A DNA stretch of 62,604 bases, the filler included, from Klebsormidium nitens (Eukaryota; Plantae; Klebsormidiophyceae), in NCBI GenBank assembly GCA_000708835.1. It is 4 parts of 4 records of this genome, joined end to end, with 100 filler letters (N's around TTAATTAATTAA, not from the genome) between each part and the next. Parts side by side here need not be neighbours in the genome. Positions count along the whole stretch, not along the records: positions 29,494 to 44,966 come from DF238015.1; positions 45,067 to 59,061 come from DF238073.1; 2 more parts are not named here. The stretch is one strand, 5' to 3'. The notes under the pieces were generated by a model that saw nothing but the letters and a program-made list of their open reading frames with translations, was not told where the DNA came from and did not search any database. The position numbers and the translations under genes are program-made. Positions 36,208 through 49,070 of the stretch are shown one piece after another (position 1 is the first letter of the stretch; each line of letters opens with the position of its first letter).

Positions 36208-39200
36208 CTATCGAACGTCTTGGTACATCTGCTTGTAAAGCCTTTCCATCTGGATTGGAGAGGCGCCTAGATACCAGCTGCAAGCCAAAAAAGGTTTGCT
36301 CAGCTAGAAAGGGCGCTTGCAGGGATGGAGACGAACGACAGCAGTAGTTGCAGGCAGCCATTGTTCGTTTGAGTGGATTTGCAAAGCACCAAAGCGCGAC
36401 TGCTATGCACGCCTGATCTTACAAAAAGAGTCTAGCAAGGTCCATAAGACCAACATTATACATACAAATGTCGTTTTTAAAGGTATCGACTTTGAACCCG
36501 AGCGTTCAAAGAACCACTTGCAAGAGGAGATTGAGGTTCGATTGACGTTGTCGGGGCTGACCTAAGTCCGATGCAGAAGTGGATGTACGTCGCGCGAAGA
36601 AACCCAAGGCTGACGAACCTTCGTCCGCTGGCATGAGAGAATGGCGACATCGGATTAGCATCCGTCAGCGGCGTTGAAAAGTACCAGGGATGAAGACGAG
36701 TACCAGAATATGAGCCCGAAGAACCTTATTTAAAGTTGAAGGGACTTAGTTGGCGTACTGAACAACCGAACTTCTGCGAAGGCGTGATGAGGGCTGATCT
36801 AAGGAACAAACGTCCGCATCTCTCAAATCGAGAAGATCATTCTGCGTCGAAATGCAAGCTCCGAGACTGAATGATGGTATGCAAGCTCCAACTTCGTGTC
36901 AATCATTTTTGAAGTTGATGACGCGGCAGAAGGGCCCGTGCACACCGTTGCTGGGGATTGAGACGAGAAGGAGCCAGACAGTAATTGATGCTTTCGGAGC
37001 ACACAAATCCATGCAGTTCAGAGGCTCGGTTTGATTGACGATTACAGTACGACGGAAGACCTGAACGGGCTCAAAGGTATCGAACCTCTGGCAGCGTTGT
37101 CTGCAGGGATTTGCGTCCAAGTTTTCAGATAGTGAGATGACGAGGGGCCTTCTTCATCGATGCCAGACGGCGATGCATATCCGGATAGTAGCTTTTCTTT
37201 GTAAGGAAACACTCGCCTTGCGCGTTCTCCATTGATCTGATAACTCTCAAAAACCATCCAAGGTGCCCATGTCTAGTCCCAACTTTATAAATCAGGGCCG
37301 TACGCCCGAGTGCGGGAGAAATAGATCTGCGAGGAAAGGCGACAATCGGAAAGGAGAAAACGATGACGATAGGAAAGCTAATAAGAAGATCCAAAACAAA
37401 GGCAAAGACAAAGGGATGAAGACAGAAGAAAGAACTAAGATGCGAACCTTATTAAAAGGGCGGTAGGGGCACAAACCTGGTGTGAACCATTCGGTTCACC
37501 ATGCGAATCCTGCCCCGCTGGGCGGACGTGCCCTCCGGTTTCCGCATATGCAGCCGGATGCACAGATCAAGCTCCTGTACGCCAGCAAATCTCCTTTTGA
37601 GTGACGATTGCGTGACGTCACGAGGTTTTACAGCGTCTCTCTAGCTCTAAGTATAGGCTTGCGGAGGCTCTGCCTGTTTACCAGGTTTCAGGTAGACGGG
37701 AATACGGACGACGATCATCTTTTCAGGACTGCAACACCCTCTGAAGCCATGCCGCTTTGAAGTCAGGGGTTTCTGCTTGGCAGGAGCGCGAAGCGAGAAC
37801 CTGCTTGACGTGAAACGATCCGAGAATAACGTGGTACCGAAGATGATTCGTAGAAATTCGTTGAGGATCTCGAAGCTGGGGTGGCGAGCTTACCTCCATA
37901 ATTGGCTGCTCTTGGTTGAAGCCCCCAACGGCAGCGAAGTCTCGAGCCCTACAGAATAGGACCTGCACACAGCCGACAATTCTACCTGACATGATTCGAT
38001 GAACTTCGATGTCCACGAAGGAAGCGCTCCTATCTCAGTCTTGAAATCTCTGAGAGGCCGGAGTCGAGGGAATTTTTGCACAGCATCTTGTGAACCAAGG
38101 TCAAGGAGATGTAGTCAGATGCACGTCAAAACCCGAGTACGGCTCACGACAAGGGCCTCGTCTAACCAAGAGGCGCAAGTACAGCCTATGAGTCAAAACA
38201 TGGGTGACTTACTTGGTCTCCGAACAGGGCCCGAAGGCCCTTCACAAAGGATAGCGGCCGCAGCAGGAGGGGCAGGTAAAAGGTCTGCAACGAAACAGGG
38301 GCAAGATCATAATCTCGGTCAACAGGGAACCGCATTTGTGACGAGCTTGCATGTTATCCCAGGGATTGCACCTCCACCATCAATCATCCTTCAAGTTTCG
38401 GCTATCGGACAGTCAGATCACATTATCGGCGCGCTACCTTCGCAGATCTTCGTGGAAAGAAGAGGTTCAGTAAGAACTTCGTATGTCCCTGGTTTGGGTG
38501 GCATCACAAGAAGAAAGGGTTAGATCTAGGCCTTTCAAAGTCTTGACCTTCTTTAATCACAAACTGGAACACGACGCTTTTTGCGATCCACGCTTAGCAT
38601 GTCCAGATGACATCAATCAAGCTGGGCACTATGTGGCATCTTGAGAGCAACTGAGTTTTAAAAGGACAGCTGGCAAACCTTGATTGCGTTGTGACAGCTC
38701 ATAGGCCACATGATTCCTTCCCCGACTTCAATGACTGGAAGGAAGCCGCCTAGAACAACCCTCCGGTCAGCTAGTGTCTTCCTCACAACGGCTACCTGCA
38801 ACAGAAATCCTTCGTTATGCACGCTCTTTCCTTCCTAGAAGAGGGTCTTGTGGTGATACTGCCGCTGATAGATGTATCTACAGAACCGGCTATGATCGTT
38901 ATTGGAAGTGGTGATTGCCTAATGAAGGAGTGCTACGACCAGTGCCTTCCACCGATGATGAAAGAGCGTCCCCAAGAGTCTAGAGCTTTTCATCCCTCTT
39001 CCATCCGGGCTGCCTTAGAAAAAAGAAAATGTGACTGGTCAACTGCCTAAAGCAAGGGCGATTTGTACATAACACTAACTCTTGGCGACCCAACATAAGG
39101 AATCAAAAGCGAGCCCCACTGCGTCAACAACTGTGCCTAGTGACATGTTCGTTCTATACCACTCAAAAACTTCCATCAAACAAAGGTGGTCACTCACAAG

Positions 39201-40010
39201 ATCTGTTGGAACCAGCGTGTCAGCATGTACAAAACACAGGATTCCCCCCTTTCCCCCGGCCATCTGCACTGCTACTTCTGCCCCCCGGTTCTGTTGCCGG
39301 GCCCTTCCTTTTGGACTGGTGACCACCACAGCCCCCTGCTCTCGGGCTTTCTCCTGCGTCCCGTCGACGCTTCCCCCATCGACCACAATGATTCTTGCTG
39401 GGTGGGGTTCTGACAACTGGAACTGTCCGACGGTGGTTGCTATACAGGCGGCTTCATTCAGAGCAGGGATGACAATGAACACTTCAGCGTCGGACTCCTG
39501 CTGAGAGGAGGTTTGGTCCTCCTCGTCAGGCTCCTTCCCAAAGTGGAGGAAAGTCTGACCCTCAATTTCTTCAGGGAGCCTGCCGTCGCTGCCGCCGCTG
39601 CCCCAGCTTCCACGACCTCCCCCAGCCTTACCACCGCCTCCGCTGTAGCTGTGTTCTGGAACTAACCCCTGGCCAGCATTCTTTGCCAACTCGGAACTTC
39701 TCAGCAGCAGCCAGCCGCCAGTCAAAGCCAAGACCTGTGTCAACCCAATAAGTCCAACGCTGCTGAAGTGAACAGCGTCGGGTACAGTGCCCTTTTCTGA
39801 TCTGCCCTGGTTGACGCATCCGAAGGGCTGGAGTCCAGCGACTCTTTGTTGCAATAGTTGCTGCTCTCTAAGGTTGTGCAGACTCTGATTCAGCCAGCAA
39901 GGGCACTGAGCAAGGGATGAGAAACCTGGAGCTGGCCTCCAGCTCAAAAAGCCCACAGACTGCTGCAGATTGCTTCGCATGCCAAGGACAGCGATCGTGT
40001 GCTGGCTCAT
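36208..40010 (-). CDS. Glycosyltransferase family 2 protein (bacterial TIGR04283-like), probable organelle transit peptide (about 434 aa)
   Basis: Exons 40010-39198, 38795-38679, 38284-38213, 37962-37894, 37574-37477, 36627-36562, 36277-36208, all in phase. Motifs IVIPALNEA, IIVVDGGSVDGT, GRARQQNRGA, FVHADT, LFGDQ..F..VGGF..PIMEELDL, TSGRRF. Confidence 0.85.
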
Positions 40011-40611
40011 CTTGAACCCCCGGGCCACGTTGTGCCACTAGCTCAGGGGCATGCCTTGCGTAGAGGCAGAAAGGGTCAGCATTGCCAGGACAAGTCAGTA
40101 CTGATGCATGCGAATACGGGCATCAGTGCATCCTGATGGAGGGGCACATTCCGCCTCCCCCTCACTGTCAGCCTGCTTGCTGTGCTATTCTGTGTAACTG
40201 ATCACAATGCAGGGCTGCATATGCAGGCCAGCCAGATGCGCTGACATGGCCCGGTGGTTCACAGCTCATTAAATGGTAAAAATGGTAAATTGGGAGTCAC
40301 ATCAGAATACGGCTTGTGCTACACTGAGATAAGGGGCAATGTTCACCTGATTTTATAGCAACTTTTCCTCCAGACAAAAGCAATTTTGTTTCTCCCGGAA
40401 ACTTTGAACAAAGGACCACTTGGCTGAGCTGACCTCTGCTGACCTTCAGGCTTCACAACAAGTATCCCAAAAGGGCCAATGGCAAACGCAGCGCCAAAGC
40501 TGATATGTGCTAACTCTAGCGCAGTCTGTGTAGGATCTCAGCATACAGGACATACCTTCCCCTTTCAGCAGTGAAACTTCGTAGTGTTGGAGAGGACGCT
40601 GCCGGAGCCAG

Positions 40612-43600
40612 ATGGCGAGCTCCGGTGGCGGCCCGGCGGCGGATGGCAAGGGGACCACTCGGCTGGACCGACTTCTCACGCTATTGGACAGTATCCTTAT
40701 GTTGCAGTCTTGTTAAATCGTGCTACCACCACTTATCAAGGCTTCTTCTACTGTCTTGTATGACTTTCTTGTGCTACTGCAACTGTTCGGGTGAAAATGC
40801 AAGTTGGGGGACAAGTGCAGCAACATTTTCTCTTCTAACAATGGTTAAGTACTGTGTTTCGATGGAGTCTTTTCTCATTTGCAATTGACCAATCCCTCTG
40901 GGGCTGGCTCCCATTCTGAGCCACTGTAGAACTCTTGCTGAACGCACTCAAATGAAGGGACTCAACATATGGCTGAGCCTCCCCTATAACAGTGTCATTG
41001 TCTGCGTTTCTGGGTGGGGGGATATGGTCAGAAGCCGAGTCTTGTACTGTAAACAAGAGCAGGCAAACAATGGAATTCCCCACAAGGTAAATGTCCAAAT
41101 CTTTGTTGAGGTGAAAGTCCTTGACGCCCCCACAGCTGGTTCCACCCCCGCCACTCGCCGCAATGCTGCGCAGCAAATTGGGGAGCTGGCCGGGCTGCAC
41201 AAAGAGGGCCTCCGTGCGCTTCTCGCGAAAGTAAGCATCCCTGTTCCCTGCTTGTTTCAAGTTGTAGTGGCTACACTTCATGTTAATTGAATGTTGGTGT
41301 CGCATTTGCCCCGAAACGAACCAAGAAGCTGCATCAAGATCTGGGCTGAAGACCTGGAGGTAAGTAGCCTTTGAATAGCGGCAGGAAAACTTTACACCTC
41401 AATGAGTAAGTTGAGCCAAGGTGAGAAAGGGGTAGACTGCATCTGTATTCTTGTGAGGCAACTTGTGAGAAAATGAGGCCATGTAGCCTCAATTTTTCGA
41501 TAAGTTTGCGAAGGCATTCTCCTGTTATGACTTACTCTCCATCTATGCCTCTCCCTACCTCTTTCCTTTTCCTTTCCCCTCTGGTTCCGTGCTTTGGTTT
41601 ACACCCCCTCTGCCCTCATACTTGCACCTTTGATCTGTTAGACAACGTGCATATACCCTTCGCGCCACACTGTTTGACTTCTCTCCTCATCCGCTACCCC
41701 ACCATTCACTCTATCCTCCGGTCCGCACACCCAATTGACAAAGAGGACCGCCAGTAGGGCTTCTATGACCTCTGAATCCTTCCATTTCTCCATTTCTGTA
41801 GATCCACCGCTTTCTGCGTAGTAAGAAGTGGGACACGCGAGTAGCGGCCGGCCAGGCTGTGGGGGCCATCGCTCAACACGTTCCCCATGTTACTGTGGAG
41901 AGTTTGGAGAAAGCTGCCAAGCTAGAGCATCCTGCGCGCAATCTAGATTCGGACACGCCTCATGATGGAGCAGCGGGGACGTTCGAAGGGCCGCCGGACA
42001 GTGGGCTGATGCAATTTTCGAGGTGGGAGTGTGTGGCGGCCTCGTTGGGTACGATTGTCTGGGGAAGGGGAGAGAGGAGCAGTGTGAGAACAAATGTTCC
42101 TGTTGGGGTGGCAGGCGGATGTCGGAGAATCTCGACGTTTCAGTATCCATCCTCGCTGTTGGAAACGCGCCAATAATTCGTCCAGCATCTTGGATTGGTC
42201 TGGGTGTCGGCATCTCGACTGTTCTCTCTGATTACGAACAGGCACAGTATCGCCCCCTTGCCGACGGATGTCTTTATCAGCAGAGTCGTAGTATCTCTGC
42301 AGATCGTCACGTAGCGTAGTTCGGCGTCTGCAATGCCTCACGCCTTCAGAGAAAATAATGAGAAGCGCCGTTTTGCCCCCCAATTCTCCAGCTTCGACAT
42401 CTAGCGAGTACTGGAGCATGGTGCGCTTCTCCTCTCGTCGGGCGGCCAGGAATACGACTCGGCGCCGGTGGGGGGATCCATCCAGGAGCGGCTGGCCTAG
42501 CAGAGACAGAACCTGAAGCGCAGGCTGGGTGAGGATTGTTTTTCCTGCTTAGGCGCTGGACATGGCGCTGGACATAATCCCGTACTTTATCATTCTCCTC
42601 ATTTGACGCCTTCTGATTGGGACCTCGTGTCAGCCTTCTCCAAAGTTGTAACCGATTATGCTTCCCTAGTGTACGCTCTTACATTCCTCGCCATAAGTGG
42701 TAGTGTTTGGCTCGTGACTTTCAGGGGCTTCCTGAATTCACGACTTTCACGACATGTCATTTCGCTCTTGTGAACGTTAGGAATTAAACCACTTCCTGTA
42801 TGAAAAGGAGCATGCTACCGATAAAGGTGGCTTGTTCTTGGAAGAGTATATGTCCTGCGATTAATATGCCGCTTTCCTTTATGCAGGTCTGGAAGAAGCG
42901 GAGCGCTTCTTGGACGTGAATCAAATCTTTGAGGATGAAGACTTGGTGCAGGTAAGTCAAAAAGGTCGATGATTTGATGTAACGGCTGGAGCGAGCCTTT
43001 GATCCAGCCTATGGAGTGGGTGCTTGCTGATTGTTAAAGAAGAGATGGCCCTTCTAGTTACGTAGTCTTGCGGTCCTCAACTTTTCTCGTCGCATCCGCC
43101 TTTCGTCAATATCTATTTCAAGGATTGCGGGCTCTAAGCAGAGTTCATAACCGTTCAGCGAAGTCGGATCTCGTTGGTTAAAAAGACAGCGGTTCAAGGT
43201 TTTGGCGACCTCGAGAACCTTCACAGAGCCCGCCCATGTTATGGTCCGAAGGTGTTGTAAGTCGTCAAGATTGAACGGAACAACCATCGAAGGTTACGGG
43301 TGATGAGTAAGAAAGAATCACCTCCTTCGATGAAAAACTAAATGAACATCTGGATAGACGGATGAACAACAGACGAGAATAACGAAGGACCGGATCAGTC
43401 GACGACAGATTCAATGAACGGATGAAAATCTAGACTCTAGAATACTACTGTGGAAGTTCTTCTTCAAACACCTTTTGAAAAGGAGGGACCATTCATCTGA
43501 AAAAATGTTAAAAAAGGTTATAAGAAGGTCTCGTCCACTAAGACCCTATCACACACCAAATCCTTTATAACACCCACGGTGTTGCCCGCAGAAGCGCGCC

Positions 43601-44834
43601 GCGGACGCTTTGCAGCCGAACGGCCGCCAAAATGTCGAACAGCTGATCTTGGGGCTGGACCACCTGACGGAGCCAGTCACCGAGAACGCGGCTGTACTAA
43701 CCTAAAAGCTTTTTTTTCCCATCAAGGCAAAACGTCGAGACAACCCATTGTTTTATCCGCAGAGGCCCGCTGCGGACGCATTGCCGTCGGACGGCCGCCA
43801 GAAAGTGGAGGAACTCATCTTTGGGCTGGGCCACCTGAGGGCGGCTGTACGAATCTGAAAGGTTGCCTTTTCCGCCATGACAAAAGGTCGAGACAGCCCA
43901 TTGTTTTGTCCACAGAAGCCCGCCGCGGACGCTCTGCCATCGGACGGCCGCCAGAAGGTGGAGGAGCTGATCTCGGGGATGGGCCACCTGAGCGCGCGCG
44001 AGCGCAACCAGCTGAAGCGCAAGGCCAAGGCGCAGGCGCGCGGCCGCGAGGCTGCTTACGTCAGCAGGGAGGAGGAGGGGCCCGCGGCCAAGAAGCAGCA
44101 CGCCAGCAAGACCGTCGTCACGGAGCAGCCGCAGGACGGGAACAAGGTGAGGCGCCAGCTTTGATTGCGTCAGCGCATTGCTTGCGTCAGCATCTGGGGG
44201 ATGGTAGCTCATTCCCCTAGTTGAGACTCCACTTCTTTGTGGCCATCCCGTTTTAGAGACTCTAATTCGTTGTGGCCATGGCCTCAGGAGTGTGTGTTAT
44301 TCTGTACGCTGCTGCAAGTGCTGGGGACTAACGTAGCACACCTTATCTTGGTGGAAGTAGGGATTTGGCGGCTTGCATTCTTCTGGATGCGGACTCATAA
44401 GAGATCCCCTGAGCATGCCGATGGAATCATTTATCCGTGCCATCTCAGCTGCTGTGAATCTTACTAGAGAGAATCAGAAGCCGTCAACTATTCTGCCGCA
44501 AACGAAGTCAGGCATCTTCTGGATACGAGATTGCCGCTTCGTTTCAAAGCACTCTCCCCTTGTGAAAGACGTCTCATCCTGACAACTTGAATATTTTAAA
44601 CCCTCAAATGCTAAGACTCTAAAACCCTTTACCCCTTGGATATCAAAACCTTGAAAAAAAAACAAAACAAAACAAAACAAAACACAACAAATCCAAACCT
44701 TGGAAACCTTGCTTGGTTGCTCCAGGTGGTGGTTGAGGCTGTCGCTGACGAGGACGCGGACGAGGACGACTCTGCGGGCGCGTGGCCTTTCTTCAGCTTC
44801 TGCGACCGCCTCCTGAACGAGATGTTCGACCCAG
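40612..44834 (+). CDS. BTAF1: TATA-binding protein-associated factor 172 (BTAF1/Mot1), 5' part only; two in-frame TAG codons in exon 4 (possible pseudogene)
   Basis: Exons 40612-40690, 41136-41230, 41802-42022, 42392-42528, 42887-42951, 43916-44146, 44726-44834 are in phase. RLDRLLTLLDTGSTPATRRNAAQQIG, LRSKKWDTRVAAGQAVGAIA, LSARERNQLKRKAK, WPF..F..LL.EMFDP. TAG at 42402-04 and 42498-500. The gene is cut by the contig end at 44966. Confidence 0.9.
43581..43915 (+). repeat. Two tandem copies (171 and 153 nt) of BTAF1 exon 6 start plus intron 3' end
   Basis: Units begin at 43592 (KRAADALQPNGRQNVEQLILGLDHL..TAA) and 43763 (RPAADALPSDGRQKVEELIFGLGHL..TGA), versus the real exon at 43916 (KPAADALPSDGRQKVEELISGMGHL). 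Each is preceded by a polypyrimidine-CAG. Confidence 0.92.
44654..44690. repeat. (AAAAC)n simple repeat in a BTAF1 intron
   Basis: aaaaaaaaacaaaacaaaacaaaacaaaacacaacaa. Confidence 0.85.
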
Positions 44835-44966
44835 GTGGGCACCGCACAGCGTGCCACATGGCTCAGCCCTCTGAGGAAAGCATCACTTATGTTCCGCGTT
44901 TTGGGCCTGGGCCGATTGTTGTCATTTCCAAAGTCTATATGTGTGACGGTTGGACAGGGTCACACG

Positions 44967-45066
44967 NNNNNNNNNNNNNNNNNNNNNNNNNNNNNNNNNN
45001 NNNNNNNNNNTTAATTAATTAANNNNNNNNNNNNNNNNNNNNNNNNNNNNNNNNNNNNNNNNNNNN
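44967..45066. other. Artificial contig-joining linker
   Basis: N44-TTAATTAATTAA-N44. BTAF1 does not continue beyond it. Confidence 0.95.
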
Positions 45067-46325
45067 GCGCGGTGCCACGCGGCGCTCTCAAATGTAGTAT
45101 CGACTACAGTATCCGGGCATCCTACGGTCTACCGTCTACATTATCATGCATGGAGTACCGGGTACAGGTACCTACTGTCTAGGTACCTTAGTAAATATGA
45201 TGACTTCCGATCGACGGTACACGTACTTGAGTCAGCACAGTTCTGTATGTAATCGACGGCTAGCGAGTAGTCGAGTCTGCCGAAAACCAATACGGACCGA
45301 CCGGGGGACCTTGGGTGTTGCCAAGGCCCCAACAAGTGAGGCAAGGTGTGTTTCAAGGTGTATAAAGTCTCACCTTGGGTGGAAACAGCAGGGCCTTCTC
45401 AGGCTTCAGAGGTCGAGGAAGGAGGAAAGAGCCTGGAGGCGCAATGGCTCCTTCACACCAAGGAGGAAGAAGCCATGACAATGGCTTCCGAAAACCGATT
45501 CAATTCAATTGCTGAAAAAGAACATCAAAATAAACACTTGCAACTTGATCTACACCCTGTAGGCTACCTCCAGACGGAGTGGCAACCCTGCCAACTCTTT
45601 GCAAGTGAAGACGCCACCTAAAGAAGACACCATGAGTTTCAGGGCCATTTTACCTATTTACCGAGGTATTTCCTCGGTCCAGTGAAAATTACCTACGTAA
45701 AACCTTCAGCCGACCTCCGTAAGGCCTCGGATTGACCCTCTGGACCGGAAGGTATTCCGACGATTTTCCGTCGATTAACCTCCGATCGACCGACCGAAAA
45801 TCGGTACTACCGAGGTAGTACCTAGCTAATAACCGGTCGGACCTCGGTCCGCGCGTCGCGCCGTACGGGTCCTGTGCATCAAATTTGGGCATGCACCGAG
45901 CATCTACCCTAAGATTACATGCAGTTTTCTGATGACTCACTCAGCTAGTTGTCAATGAACCGGCAAATTTCTTATAAGCTCCATATATGGAGCGTGTACT
46001 CATCAGTTCTGTCCAATCTCCTTACGGACCGTTTCATCAGGTCGCTTCCCTTGTGCTAGCATTTGAAAGGAAAGCATACGTCGCTTGGGAGAGGGCAAAG
46101 TGTGCCCGCTCCAGTTCGAGTGCACGCACTGATGAAGCTTGAACCGTGTGACAGCAAAAGACGCTGCGCAGAAGTCGCAAGTAGCAACTAATGTGCGCGT
46201 GGTGGAATTGAAGAGCGCCACATTATCCAGGCACAGCGCAGCACGAGATCAACTCTATGGACAATGTGTCCAGGAGACTATCGTTCGAACACTTTGCCTA
46301 GGCCTCAGCTCCTTGAGGGCCCAGC

Positions 46326-48880
46326 CTAAGCCGTAAGCTTACGTGAATAGACCACGTACATGGGATCCGAGCGGCCAGGGTTGGGTGAGATGTCTAAAGC
46401 CTGCAAAAAACCGCTCGAAAAGGTGGGCGGAAAGTGGTCGCAGAGTCTAATCACTTATGCAGCTAGCTCAAGAGCAGTGCAGAGATTCATAAGATGGAAC
46501 ACAAAAATCATTCTTCCTTGCCGCCCGCCACAAGTACTCACGACTAGAATTGAATGAGATGCATAATTGGCAGCAGACCCTCAAGGAAACACCTAACTCT
46601 TATAAGCAAAATGCTCAATTCGCCTCACCTGCGGAGCTTCAAATCCACCGGTGTAATGGAAGTACGACCCGACTATATACACGTGGTCAACGTCGCTTGT
46701 CCCCGTCCAGATGGAGATAGCTTTCGTCCAGAAGCAACGGTTGGAGAAACTGCAGCGAAAGAATACGAACGATGTCACATTGGAAGCGCTGCACGCCATA
46801 ACCTACTTTTGCAATCAGCAACGGATCGGGGTTGCAAAGTATTTCGTTGGTTGCAATTCGAGAGTGGCAAAGTGGCATTGACAGCGATGCCTACTGTGAT
46901 CTTTTAAACCTACGAAACTTCAACCAACAGAAGTCCATGTGATCGAACGTTTTGCGTTGGCACTTCATCTTCCTGAAAGACAGAGTCGTCCTCAAGAAGC
47001 TGTCGGTGGAGTCCACTTTCTCTTGGAAGACGCACCTCATAGCACAAAGTCCACCGGGTTTCAGGACCCTGTGCATCTCTTTGAAGATTTCAAGTGGTTT
47101 TTTGAGGTAGTCAACGCTGACCTGCAAACAAATCATTGAAGCTTCAGTGCGGCGACAAGGAATGCCGCAGGCATACATGGAAGACTACCGATGATGGTGC
47201 GTTGGTTGGATGGAGGCGGCTAGATGAATATGCTTTCATTCATAGGTCGACACTCGTCTTTGAGCTTTGCTACAAAAAGGCTCACGGACATGAAACAGCA
47301 ATCAAGTCCTCAAGATTGGCACCCTCAGTGTGCGAGAACAGATTGAAGAGACTCACCGCATTGACAATGACGTCAAAGGAGTTGTCTTCGTATGGTAGCT
47401 TTGGGTTGACATTGAGATCTTGGACAGTGAACTCTGTCAGCACTTTGTTTTCTTTCAGTTCAGCCTCATTAAGACCCAGCCCAGCAATCCGCTCCTGCTT
47501 GTAATTTGGTGGGAAATGACTGATCTGCAAGAGTACAGCAGACCAGAGTAACTAGAAGGTTCACAAAGTGGTCGCTCAATATTGTAATGTATCGATATTG
47601 CAGTGCATACTCGAGGACTGCCAATTGAGTGGGATGCTGTTGAATGTCAACCGCCAACCAGTTTCCAATCCGTTATAGATCCATCAGAATCATTTCAAGA
47701 AAGAAATCGAGCTTGCAACTCTAAAATAAAGAAACCGAAAAAGCAATCGAGATCCACTCACCCAGCTACTGCAAAGGTCGAGCACAGCAATCCCTGGAGT
47801 GTTGCTCTGCGGAAACACGCTTGCGTAATAGTTGGTGAGCGCCTTGATGGCATAGTCGTCGATGTGGGTTACGAAGCGTGGGCTTGAGTAGAACGTCGTA
47901 TCTGGCGTCCTACGGAAAAGACAAAACCGGTGGTTCAAGGATACTACGAACGGGAGGGTACGTACTGCGGCCTTTTCTAGCTAGCTCCCAGCTTAGATTC
48001 TCTAGAAGTCTCACATCAGCAGGATATGATAGCACATCCTGGACCTTGACAGGAGGAAGCATGCACTCTCATCCTACTTCCTGCTTCGCCATGTTGCTTG
48101 GCATAATGCAAGCAATAATCAAAGAGGGACTTCATGATGTATGAGTGACCAAAGCCCTTGACAACCCAGATCAAGCAGAAGGGTGAAGGGGGTTGTGGTA
48201 GGTCCTCACTCGTCATAGCGTTCAAAGTCCTTTGCTGAGAATGGAAACTCCTCTGGCCAATCTACTTCTTTCAAAGCCTGCAACGTACAGTTGTGTGTGT
48301 GAAGACAATGATTGCGGGTAGTTGTGTATGAAAAGCTCAATCTCGCTTAAAAGTGAGTGCTTCAGAAACTATAACTCGTAAAAGCAGACATGCCAAGAGA
48401 CTCAAGAGATAGTGAAAGTCTGTCCATTGAGCCTTCCGGTGAACATGCTATCTTGCTTCCCATACCTCAGGATCTTGGCTTTGCAACCACCACCTTGTCC
48501 TACAGCAAGCGCACCTTTTCAATCTCTGGGTTCTTGGCTCTTGCAAGAGCTGGTGGTGTCCCTGTGCTGATCCCTGTGGTGCCGCCCACCACCATAAACC
48601 CCAATAAACCCTTCAAAAACCCCTTCATCAGAGGGCGCCTGGAAAGCGGCGACGACCAGATTCGTCCTGTACGCAAGTTCGGGCTGCCACTGAGAGAAAG
48701 AAGAGACTTGCTCTGGGCTGTACTCGAGAATGCTGGAGCGCCAGAATGTCTTCTATGTGGATGCTGCAATCGAGGGGGCAGAATGCATGATCCAGCAGCC
48801 CGCAGGTTGTTTGCCACTGACTGATTCAGCTGCAAAGTTACAGGGCGGCATAGGTGGTTGGCAACAGAGGCGGCCACCAT
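46326..48880 (-). CDS. Plastid-targeted SAM-dependent methyltransferase (type 11 family, about 343 aa)
   Basis: Exons 48880-48515, 48277-48210, 47909-47762, 47524-47357, 47121-47036, 46749-46629, 46400-46326 are in phase. Motifs VDWPEEFPF, FYSSPRFVTHIDD, VLDLCSSWISH, DLNVNPKLPYEDNSFDVI..VSVDYL, RVLKPGG, FSNRCFWTKA, SDPMYVVYSRK. Confidence 0.92.
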
Positions 48881-49009
48881 TTCGTTTTATTTATCGAACC
48901 AGGTAAACAGATTGTTTTGAAGACGCCACGCCTGTTCAGCTAGCTTGCGCAAATATCAGCTTGCATAAAACTTGGTATTAAAGGCTACCTATGACAATGT
49001 ACAGAGCAC

Positions 49010-49030
49010 TGCCTAAATGAACACGCCAAC

Positions 49031-49070
<40 letters not shown>

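Noticed and set aside
44590-44625. Telomere-like AAACCCT fragments, also near 25160
   Set aside because: Only one or two degenerate units; indistinguishable from chance or generic telo-box motifs.
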